Shown: one piece after another, positions 18,709 through 27,009 of the stretch
Layout of the letters: the number at the start of each line of letters is the position of its first letter
How positions within the stretch are numbered: position 1 is the stretch's first letter
DNA from: an uncultured delta proteobacterium
GTDB lineage: Bacteria > Desulfobacterota > Desulfomonilia > UBA1062
Assembly (NCBI GenBank): GCA_963785235.1
Contig: CAWAUM010000005.1
Span: 1-64,000, forward strand
DNA: 64,000 nt
Direction: 5' to 3'
The notes under the pieces: model-generated
What the model was told of the DNA's origin: nothing
Databases searched by the model: none
The model's input: only the letters and a program-made list of their open reading frames with translations
Translations under genes and position numbers: made by a program

Positions 18709-21369
18709 ATGGAACATTTTAAAATGTACATCGGCGGGGACTTTGTTGAATCTGTGAGCGGGCGGACCAGAGAATCCATCGACCCGGGCTTCGGGCTGCC
18801 TTTTGCCACGTTCGCCTACGGCAACGAGGCTGACGCACAAGCTGCTATCGACGTTGCGCGCAAGACGTTTGATTCAGGCGTATGGAGTGGGCTGACTCAG
18901 GAGGAGCGCTCCCGAATCATCATGGATTTTTCCGACAGACTGACCAAATACATTGTCAGGATTGCATCGTACGAGTCCATGGACTCAGGAGGTCTCATAA
19001 ACAGGACCGGTGCGGAGGTGATCGGCAATGCCATGACCGCACGGAACCTTGCCTGGTATGCCGCCCATGAATTCAAGTGGCATGAGGAGATCCGCGTCCC
19101 CTGTTCGCTGGCAAGCCCTGGAAGAAATTATATCCGACGGGAACCTATCGGTGTGTGCGTGGGCATTATCCCATGGAACTTCCCCTTCAACATGGCCATG
19201 TGGAAGATACTCCATGCAATAATCATGGGGAATACGATCGTGTTGAAACCTGCCACTGATACCCCTCTGAGCGCACTCATCCTCGCCGAGGTGATAGCAG
19301 AGAGCAGGATCCCCAAGGGCGTGGTCAACATCATTACCGGAGCGGGCAGCGAGGTAGGCAAGGCCCTTTGTATGAGCCCCAAGGTGGACAAGATCGCATT
19401 CACCGGAAGCACCGAGGTGGGCCGGCAGATCATGAAGATGGGTGCGGATACCATCAAGAAGGTGACCCTGGAACTGGGCGGAAAATCCGCAAACATCATC
19501 TGCGAAGACGCCAAGATGGATCTTGCAGTGGACGGCGGTCTGTTCGGTACGTTCTTCCATTCAGGACAGATCTGCGAATCAGGCACGAGGCTCCTTGTCC
19601 ATAAAAAGATTTATGATGAGTACATCGACCGTTTTCTGAAGAGACTCTCCCAGGTGAGGATGGGGTATCAGCTCGACCCTGCAACCCAGATGGGACCGCT
19701 CGTAAATGAGATACAGCGTGCCACTACGGAAAAATACGTCAAGATAGGGCTCGAAGAGGGTGCCCAGATCGTATACGGCGGGAAAAGGCCGGATGGCGAC
19801 CAGTTTGCATCAGGGTTCTACTACATGCCCACCGTCTTTGTCGGGGTGGATAACAAGATGCGCATCGCCGCCGAAGAAATATTCGGCCCTGTGGTGTGCA
19901 TCATGCCGTTCAATGATGACGAAGAGGCCGTGGCCATCGCGAATGACACCATCTACGGACTTGGCGGCGGGGTCTTCTCTAACGATATCGGGCGTGCAGA
20001 AAGGATTGCCGACCGGATCAAGACCGGTACCGTGTGGATCAACGACTATCATGCCTTTGCCGATATCATGCCGTTCGGGGGATACAAACAGAGCGGCATC
20101 GGCAGGGAATTCGGGGAATACGGACTTGGTGAATACACGCAGATAAAGAGGGTCCATATCTGTCCGTTATCCGACGGCATACAGAAATATACCTTCCCCA
20201 TCATGTTCGATTATCAGCAGCCGGCCCAGTCGTTCATGTTCGAAGGGCCGACAAAGATCATTGGTGGTCCTGACAGCATCATAGCGCTGCAGTATGAGAT
20301 ATCCAGGCTCAACTGCAGGCGGGCTGTCATCATAACGGATAAGGGCATATGCGAAGCAGGCCTTCTGGACAAGGTTGAAAAGGCCATGGGCAGCATGTGC
20401 GTCGGCGTATTCGACGAGGTCGTGGAAGATTCAGGGTATACGGTTGTGGACAAGGCTGTCGAATTCTGCAGAAGCGTGAATGCCGACATCCTGGTGAGTC
20501 TCGGCGGCGGGAGCTCCATAGACACGGCCAAAGGTGTGGCGGTGACACTCACCAACGGCGGAAAGGCCATCGACAACGTCACCATCTACAAGCTCGTAGA
20601 CCCGCTGATCCCGCATATTGCAATCCCCACCACCGCAGGAACCGGGAGCGAGGTGACCAATATCGCGGTAATCAAGAATGAGGAAATCGGCAGGAAATTC
20701 AATATCGCCGAGAACGTCATCTATCCGAACGTAGCCATACTCGATCCACATCTGAGTGTCAGCCTTCCGAAGACACTCACCGCAGCCACGGGCATGGACG
20801 CCCTTTCCCATGCCATTGACGGGATGTGCTCCATCATGAGAAACACCATCTGCACCGGGCATGGGCTCAATGCAATCCGGTTGATTGCAAAGTACCTGCC
20901 CATGGTTGTGGAAAACGGCCATGATGTGCAGGCGCGGATGCAGATGCTCCTTGCAGCCTCGACAGCGGGCTGGGCATTCTCGATACCCTCGACCATACTC
21001 ACCCATTCCCTTGCCCATGCCATTGGGGCAAAGTACAAGATCCACCACGGCACCCTGTGCGGCCTCTTCCTCCCGCATGTCATGCGGTTCAACAGGGACC
21101 ATTGCACCGATGAGCTTGCAGCGATTGCCGAGGCCATGGGTGTGAAGGTAGGCGGTATGTCTAAACAAGAAGCTGCATCAGCGGCTGCTGATGCCGTAGC
21201 TGATCTTATCAAGAAGATAGGACTGCCTGCACGTCTGAGCGAACTCGGCATTGCCGATGCCGAGATCGGCATGATCGCGCTGGATGCCATGACAGAGATC
21301 CCCACACTCGCCAATCCGCGCAAGTGTACGGTGGAGCTCATCGATGGAGTCATCAGGGAGGCCTTCTGA
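18709..21369 (+). CDS. Fusion of NAD(P)-dependent aldehyde dehydrogenase (non-acylating type) and iron-containing alcohol dehydrogenase
   Basis: N-half: PWNFP, FTGSTEVG, LELGGKS, GQICESG, EEIFGPV, PFGGYKQSG. C-half: GGGSSID, PTTAGTGSEVT, DALSH, HSLAH..HG. A single uninterrupted 886-aa ORF. Confidence 0.9.
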   Translation: MEHFKMYIGGDFVESVSGRTRESIDPGFGLPFATFAYGNEADAQAAIDVARKTFDSGVWSGLTQEERSRIIMDFSDRLTKYIVRIASYESMDSGGLINRTGAEVIGNAMTARNLAWYAAHEFKWHEEIRVPCSLASPGRNYIRREPIGVCVGIIPWNFPFNMAMWKILHAIIMGNTIVLKPATDTPLSALILAEVIAESRIPKGVVNIITGAGSEVGKALCMSPKVDKIAFTGSTEVGRQIMKMGADTIKKVTLELGGKSANIICEDAKMDLAVDGGLFGTFFHSGQICESGTRLLVHKKIYDEYIDRFLKRLSQVRMGYQLDPATQMGPLVNEIQRATTEKYVKIGLEEGAQIVYGGKRPDGDQFASGFYYMPTVFVGVDNKMRIAAEEIFGPVVCIMPFNDDEEAVAIANDTIYGLGGGVFSNDIGRAERIADRIKTGTVWINDYHAFADIMPFGGYKQSGIGREFGEYGLGEYTQIKRVHICPLSDGIQKYTFPIMFDYQQPAQSFMFEGPTKIIGGPDSIIALQYEISRLNCRRAVIITDKGICEAGLLDKVEKAMGSMCVGVFDEVVEDSGYTVVDKAVEFCRSVNADILVSLGGGSSIDTAKGVAVTLTNGGKAIDNVTIYKLVDPLIPHIAIPTTAGTGSEVTNIAVIKNEEIGRKFNIAENVIYPNVAILDPHLSVSLPKTLTAATGMDALSHAIDGMCSIMRNTICTGHGLNAIRLIAKYLPMVVENGHDVQARMQMLLAASTAGWAFSIPSTILTHSLAHAIGAKYKIHHGTLCGLFLPHVMRFNRDHCTDELAAIAEAMGVKVGGMSKQEAASAAADAVADLIKKIGLPARLSELGIADAEIGMIALDAMTEIPTLANPRKCTVELIDGVIREAF

Positions 21370-23138
21370 TGGGAGAGAAAGGTATGATAAGATCCTTGCT
21401 CGGTATGACCCGCTGGATAGTAGTGCTGTCCCTGCTTTTCTGTATAAGCTGCGCCCATAAAGTGCAGCCGGTCAAGGAGAGGCTGTCAAGCCCTGACCTG
21501 CTGAAAAAACACTGCGAGCTTATTGGCCTACCCCGGGTCGAGCAAATCTCCGAGCATGTATGGGTCGCCATCGGGTATGACCTGGCAAACGAGATCCTCA
21601 TCCATACCCCGGAAGGCAATGTGATAATTGACCCCCTCATGAGCCCCAAACGAGGGGAGGCCGCCAGGAAGGATCTCCTGGCCAGTGCGCCTAAAGGGCC
21701 GATAAAGGCCATCATCTACACCCACAGTCATATCGACCACATCGGAGGGGCCTCCATCTGGATGGAAGACAACCCGCAGATCTGGGCAACGGATAATTTT
21801 ATTGAGCACTTCTACAAGCAGTATCAGGTATTTCTCCCCATTGAGACCATCCGTGGCAGGCGCCAGTTCGGGGATCATGCCTCGCTGCAGGATCTCCCCT
21901 GCAATGGCATAGGCCGCCGCACTGATATAAAGGCGGCACAGGAAGGCGCCGGCATCCGTTTGCCCACACAAACCTTTTCCGGTTCAAAGACTTTGATCAT
22001 TGGTGGGGTGGAAATTGAAATGCTCGAGGCCCACGGGGAGACCCACGACCAGCTCATTGTCTGGATTCCCAAAGACAAGACCGTGATCGCTGCCGATGAC
22101 TTTTACTGGACCTTTCCAAACCTGTACACCATCCGCGGTACAAGCCCGCGGCCTGTGGATGACTGGATCAGGAGCATTGACAAGATGCGCAGACTCAAGC
22201 CTGAACATCTGGTGCCCTGTCACACAATCCCCGTTGCCGGGGGGCAGGAGATCAGTACGATCCTGACCAATTACAGGGACGCCATCCAATGGGTCAGGGA
22301 TGAGGTCATCAGGGGGGCGAACAAAGGGTATGATCTCGATACCATAGCGGAGAACATTAAGCTGCCAACGCATCTTACGGGGCTGCATTATACGGAGGAA
22401 TTCTACGGTCAGCTCGACTGGTCTGCCAAGGGCATTTACACCAGCAACCTCGGGTGGTTCGACGGGAGGCCCGACAAGCTCTATCCCATGAATGTCAAAG
22501 AGGCATCCGGGCGTGAGGTGGCCCTCATGGGAGGCCCTGAAAAGGTGATGGATATGGCGGATAAGGCCTTGCAGTCCAATGACTGCCGCTGGGCGATCCA
22601 TTTGCTGTCCAAGCTGGCAGATAGCGGCATGGCCCCTGCAGGTATGGACGGGGCATTAAAAGAGAAGCTGGCCCTGTCCTATGAAACCCTGGCTGCCACC
22701 CTGTACAACCTAAACGGGAGGGGATATCTCCTGGAGGCAGCCTACGAGATCAGGCACGGCATCGAGAAACCCGCACCTGCCAAGCTCGATGAAGGTCTTG
22801 TGGCCAATATCCCCCTGGAGGCGATCTTCACCATCATGACCACCCGGCTCATTGCCCAGAAGGCCCTGGATGTGCACGAGACCGTGTACTTCGTGTTCCC
22901 TGATGAAGATAAGCGGTTCATCGTGACGGTCCGGAAAGGGATTGCCGAGGTGGTCGAAGGTGAGCCCCTGCCTGGAACACCCGAACCGGTAGCCACCCTT
23001 GTGGTGGATGCCCAGACTTTTCGAAAGATGGCGGCAAAGGTGATAAGCCCGCTCAAGGCATATGTCTCGGGCAAGATCAAGGTCCAGGGAAGCTGGATTG
23101 GATATCTGGCTTGGAACAGCCGCTTCGAGCTCAACTGA
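21369..23138 (+). CDS. Alkyl/aryl sulfatase (SdsA1/BDS1 MBL fold) with dimerisation and SCP2 domains; probable lipoprotein
   Basis: THSHIDH, HGETHD, FPNLYTIRGT and GWFDGRP motifs; C-terminal GKIKVQG SCP2 signature; lipobox-like LFCISC. Confidence 0.85.
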   Translation: MGEKGMIRSLLGMTRWIVVLSLLFCISCAHKVQPVKERLSSPDLLKKHCELIGLPRVEQISEHVWVAIGYDLANEILIHTPEGNVIIDPLMSPKRGEAARKDLLASAPKGPIKAIIYTHSHIDHIGGASIWMEDNPQIWATDNFIEHFYKQYQVFLPIETIRGRRQFGDHASLQDLPCNGIGRRTDIKAAQEGAGIRLPTQTFSGSKTLIIGGVEIEMLEAHGETHDQLIVWIPKDKTVIAADDFYWTFPNLYTIRGTSPRPVDDWIRSIDKMRRLKPEHLVPCHTIPVAGGQEISTILTNYRDAIQWVRDEVIRGANKGYDLDTIAENIKLPTHLTGLHYTEEFYGQLDWSAKGIYTSNLGWFDGRPDKLYPMNVKEASGREVALMGGPEKVMDMADKALQSNDCRWAIHLLSKLADSGMAPAGMDGALKEKLALSYETLAATLYNLNGRGYLLEAAYEIRHGIEKPAPAKLDEGLVANIPLEAIFTIMTTRLIAQKALDVHETVYFVFPDEDKRFIVTVRKGIAEVVEGEPLPGTPEPVATLVVDAQTFRKMAAKVISPLKAYVSGKIKVQGSWIGYLAWNSRFELN

Positions 23139-23204
23139 GGTATACCAAGTCCATCGAACGGTATATTAGAGGGGTAGATATCGCTTCAACAGGGGGGGTC
23201 TGTC

Positions 23205-23477
23205 ATGAAGCCCAATGTCATTGTGATCAAAGAGCAGGATAACGTGGCTGTGGCCCTGGAAGACATCCCCGAGGGCGGAACTGTGACACTGTTGGATGGC
23301 AATGAATTCATTGCACGCGAAAGCATCCCCTACAGCCACAAGGTGGCGCTTGTTGATATTCAGCAAGGTATGGCGGTGCTCAAGTACGGCGAGGCCATCG
23401 GTTATGCCTTGGGAGATATCAAGAAAGGCGCCTGGGTACACACCCACAACCTCACCATCGAGGGGATAACAATATGA
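23205..23477 (+). CDS. UxaA-family SAF-domain small subunit (SuyA-like)
   Basis: DNVAVAL, IPYSHKVAL, KYGEAIG and VHTHN motifs. Confidence 0.88.
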   Translation: MKPNVIVIKEQDNVAVALEDIPEGGTVTLLDGNEFIARESIPYSHKVALVDIQQGMAVLKYGEAIGYALGDIKKGAWVHTHNLTIEGITI

Positions 23478-24637
23478 AGCGCGATACCATACAAGGGTAT
23501 AAGCGTCCCGATGGCTCTGTCGGCATCAGGAATCATGTGGCAATCATTCCGACGGTGGCGTGTGCGAACGGCGTGGCGGACATGATCGGCCGGGAGGTCA
23601 AAGGAACGGTCCCCCTCCTGCACGGCCATGGTTGCGGCCGGGCACTTGAGATAGGCATGCACACGAATGCCCTTGCAGGAATGGGCAAGAACGCCAATGT
23701 CTCAGGCGTAATTGTCATCGGTCTCGGGTGTGAGACCATCAGCGTAGAGGCCATTGCCTCCGAGATCGCACAGACCGGCAAACCGGTAGAAACCTTTGTT
23801 ATCCAGAATGAAGGCGGATCGCGGAAGACCGCTGCCAGAGGCATCCGGTCTGCAAAGAAGATGGTGGAGGATGCAGCCGGTATGAAGCGTATGGAATGCC
23901 CTCTTGAATCCATAACCATAGGGCTTGAGTGCGGGGGTTCTGATGCCTTTTCAGGCATCACGGCAAATCCTGCGGTGGGGCTGGTTTCCGATTGGCTGGT
24001 GGATGCAGGGGGTAGAGTTATTCTCACAGAGAACACCGAGATGATCGGAACCTCACATATATTATCAAGGAGGGCAAAGACCCCTGAGGTCGCTCAGCGG
24101 ATCGTACAGATAATCGAAATGGCGGAAAAGCGCACCAAGGATATCTTGGGACCGCTGGCATCCTATGTGATAGCGCCCGGCAATATGGACGGGGGCATGA
24201 GCTCCATCCAGGAGAAGTCGCTGGGTTGTATCTGCAAGGCAGGAAGCAGCCCCATAACCGAGGTGGTGGAGTATGGCCGGAACCCGAAAGGCAAGGGCCT
24301 CGTAATTCTTGACGGTCCGGGCTACGATATGGAATCCATGGCCGGCCTCGGTGCGGCAGGCTGCCAGCTTATCATCTTTACCACCGGACGGGGAACCCCC
24401 TGCGGCTTTCCCATCATACCGGTCATCAAGGTGTCGAGTACCAGCAGGCTCTTCCTTGCCATGGAGGATGATATGGATGTGAATGCCGGTTCCGTACTCG
24501 AAGGTGTGGGCCTTGATCGTATCGCAGAAGAAATCATAGGCCTTTCCTTAGATGTGATGAACGGCAGGAAGTCAAAGGCAGAGGTCAACCACCAGGGGGG
24601 TATCTTGTGCCTGTATGCAACTACTCCTGCTTTCTGA
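23474..24637 (+). CDS. UxaA/GarD-family dehydratase/lyase large subunit (SuyB-like)
   Basis: VGIRNH, HGHGCG, GLGCE, ECGGSD..ITANPAVG, EKSLG and FTTGRG motifs. Confidence 0.88.
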   Translation: MKRDTIQGYKRPDGSVGIRNHVAIIPTVACANGVADMIGREVKGTVPLLHGHGCGRALEIGMHTNALAGMGKNANVSGVIVIGLGCETISVEAIASEIAQTGKPVETFVIQNEGGSRKTAARGIRSAKKMVEDAAGMKRMECPLESITIGLECGGSDAFSGITANPAVGLVSDWLVDAGGRVILTENTEMIGTSHILSRRAKTPEVAQRIVQIIEMAEKRTKDILGPLASYVIAPGNMDGGMSSIQEKSLGCICKAGSSPITEVVEYGRNPKGKGLVILDGPGYDMESMAGLGAAGCQLIIFTTGRGTPCGFPIIPVIKVSSTSRLFLAMEDDMDVNAGSVLEGVGLDRIAEEIIGLSLDVMNGRKSKAEVNHQGGILCLYATTPAF

Positions 24638-24800
24638 TCATGGAGAGTGACTTATTCACCGTGGCATGGTAAAAAATAGTATCACTATGGCCTCCTCGTT
24701 CACAAGATCCGGTGGATTAGGGGAAGGTGAGCGGTGTAAGCTTATGTGACATGTATTTTATGGCAGCTTTGTATCTGTTCAGAAAAAACATGGGGGAAAC

Positions 24801-26636
24801 ATGGCTCGAAAGCGCAGCATGACAAGCAGGCAACTCAAGGAAAACACACAGCTCGGGCGCAGGTCGTTCCTGAAGAAGATTACTGCGGCCCTGGGCGGGA
24901 TGACCCTGATGAGTTGTGGATTGTTCCCCTTCAAAGGACTCGGCGCATCCATGCCTGGGGGAGATCCGGGGAACAGCCGGGAGAAGCTTATCTTCATTGC
25001 CATCGATGCCCTTCACCCGAAATACTTTGAACTCGATGCCCAGGGAATGCCTGGAGGAAGCGATGGCAACTGGCTCATGCCTAATATCAGAACGTTCCTG
25101 AAGAAGTCATTATGGTACCGGAATGCAAAATGCTTTCTGCCTTCCGCTACTGACATGAACCACCTCAATGCCCTTGCCGGGACGTCATCTGCGCAGACCG
25201 GGATCGTGAGCGTGTGGGCTCAGCCTACGGGCTGGGATGAGGGCGGGGATGCGGTGATAAAGCGGACCAGCATGTCCTTTGCCCGCGACGATAAAGGCAG
25301 GCCTGTGGACACCCTGTTTCATGCATGGAAACGCAGGTGGCCCGATTCCAAGACCCTTTTTATCTCCGGTAAAGAGTGGGTGGCAGAGATGTTAAAGGAT
25401 AATCCGGCAGGGTCAGGCATTGATATCCTGGTGACCGGCCCGAACCATCCCGGCTACCTCAAGCCTCCCCAAAGGGAAAGCCTTGCCGATCCCCATACGG
25501 ATAAGGATGCGGCATGTGACCCGGAATCGACGCACCTCCCCTTCTTTGCAGCGTCCATGATGCCGAGCGATACTACGACCAGGCTTTATACAGGGCAGGG
25601 AAGTCTCCTGACCTGGCAGATGGAGCTCTTTGCCAGCCATTTCCCCCACGACAGCTGGGTTGTTGACTCGACCCTTGAAATATTCAGACGGGAAAAGCCT
25701 GACATGGCCTATATCCTCCTTGCCCAGTGTGATGATGCCGGGCACTGCATCGGATGCGCAAACGATCCTGATGAATTTATCAATATCGATCCGCCCTATG
25801 AGGCGCCCGAGGGGTGCAGTAACAAGCCTGCCTACCAGCTGGTCAGCAGCAGGAACAAACTCCTCTTCAAAGAAGCAATCCTCGATGTTGTCCGCGATGT
25901 GGATATCCAGTTCGGCCGCCTTATGGAAGGCCTTGAGAAACAGGGCGTGCCGGAGCGTGCCAGGATCATCCTGCTCAGCGACCACTCTGCAGAGAACCAT
26001 CTCTATACCGAAGATTTCTCATCCACCGATTGCGTGGGCCTCCTTGAGAGGGCTGGGATAATAGAGAAGAGGGGGATACTGGATAAGAAGGAGATGTACG
26101 CCTTTTCCGTGAGCAGCTACGGGGTGATGTACTGGCGGGAAAACAAGGAAAAGGTCGCAAGGGCAAAGGCGGTGCTCAAGGCCCACCAGGCATTGAACCC
26201 CCAGACCGGCAAGAAGGAATGCCCGTGGTGGGTTGTTGACCGGAACGACATGAAGAACGGCCTGGAAGGTGTCTGTCTGCCTGGCGAGCTCTACCACACT
26301 TACTATATAGATGTTGACAGAGAACAGACCGTGATCTGGCCCGACCTCATTATCCTGGCGAAAAACGGCTGGCAGATCCCGGTCTATAACGGCCAGATAC
26401 CCAATGTGGGCATCAAGGCGCCCACATGGGCTCCTCCATGGCGGGTGTACAACGGCGGGCATGGATCTGTGGACACCCAGTCCATCGTTGCCGCAATTTC
26501 AGTTCCCGGTGGGAAGGCAGGAATACAGGACAGGCCCATCCGCATTGCAGACCTTGGGGTTACTGCAGCATCGTTGTTCGGTTTAGAGCTCAACAGCACC
26601 ACCATCGGGAAGGATCTGAGCAAAGACCTAAGCTGA
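24801..26636 (+). CDS. Tat-exported alkaline-phosphatase-superfamily (NPP/phosphodiesterase-like) enzyme
   Basis: GRRSFLK twin-arginine signal; IAIDAL, PSATDMNH (Thr nucleophile), DDAGH, LSDH and GGHGS. Confidence 0.8.
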   Translation: MARKRSMTSRQLKENTQLGRRSFLKKITAALGGMTLMSCGLFPFKGLGASMPGGDPGNSREKLIFIAIDALHPKYFELDAQGMPGGSDGNWLMPNIRTFLKKSLWYRNAKCFLPSATDMNHLNALAGTSSAQTGIVSVWAQPTGWDEGGDAVIKRTSMSFARDDKGRPVDTLFHAWKRRWPDSKTLFISGKEWVAEMLKDNPAGSGIDILVTGPNHPGYLKPPQRESLADPHTDKDAACDPESTHLPFFAASMMPSDTTTRLYTGQGSLLTWQMELFASHFPHDSWVVDSTLEIFRREKPDMAYILLAQCDDAGHCIGCANDPDEFINIDPPYEAPEGCSNKPAYQLVSSRNKLLFKEAILDVVRDVDIQFGRLMEGLEKQGVPERARIILLSDHSAENHLYTEDFSSTDCVGLLERAGIIEKRGILDKKEMYAFSVSSYGVMYWRENKEKVARAKAVLKAHQALNPQTGKKECPWWVVDRNDMKNGLEGVCLPGELYHTYYIDVDREQTVIWPDLIILAKNGWQIPVYNGQIPNVGIKAPTWAPPWRVYNGGHGSVDTQSIVAAISVPGGKAGIQDRPIRIADLGVTAASLFGLELNSTTIGKDLSKDLS

Positions 26637-26679
26637 ACCCCATTGCCATTACGCACTCATAAGTGCATCACGGCATTAA

Positions 26680-26845
26680 AATAAAGGGGAGAGGTATGAA
26701 CATGCAGGAATCTGCATGGGGTGAGACACCTGTACGTTTACCCTCTCCCCTGTAAGTATGGGGAATTCATTAAAAAAATAATCCCATAGAACCATAATAG
26801 AGGCAACAAATGAAGATAGCAGCTATCTTCACATCCCCGGTGTTC
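26680..26845 (-). ncRNA. Candidate structured small RNA / terminator
   Basis: 21-nt palindrome TGAAGATAGCAGCTATCTTCA (26811-26831). Branched stem AGGGGAGAGG..CCTCTCCCCT enclosing CATGCAG/CTGCATG and GGTG/CACC, followed on the minus strand by TTTATTTT. Confidence 0.3.
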
Positions 26846-27009
26846 ACAGTAAGCTCTATCACAATTAACCAGGAATTAACATATGATAAAAAGATATGTT
26901 CGAGTAAGGATAAAGGTATTATATGGTGACACTATTTATAGGGCAAACATAGTTCCTGGTCGGTTGGCTGGTAATAATCTGTTCTGAGGTTAGAAGTGAA
27001 GCTCAACCC

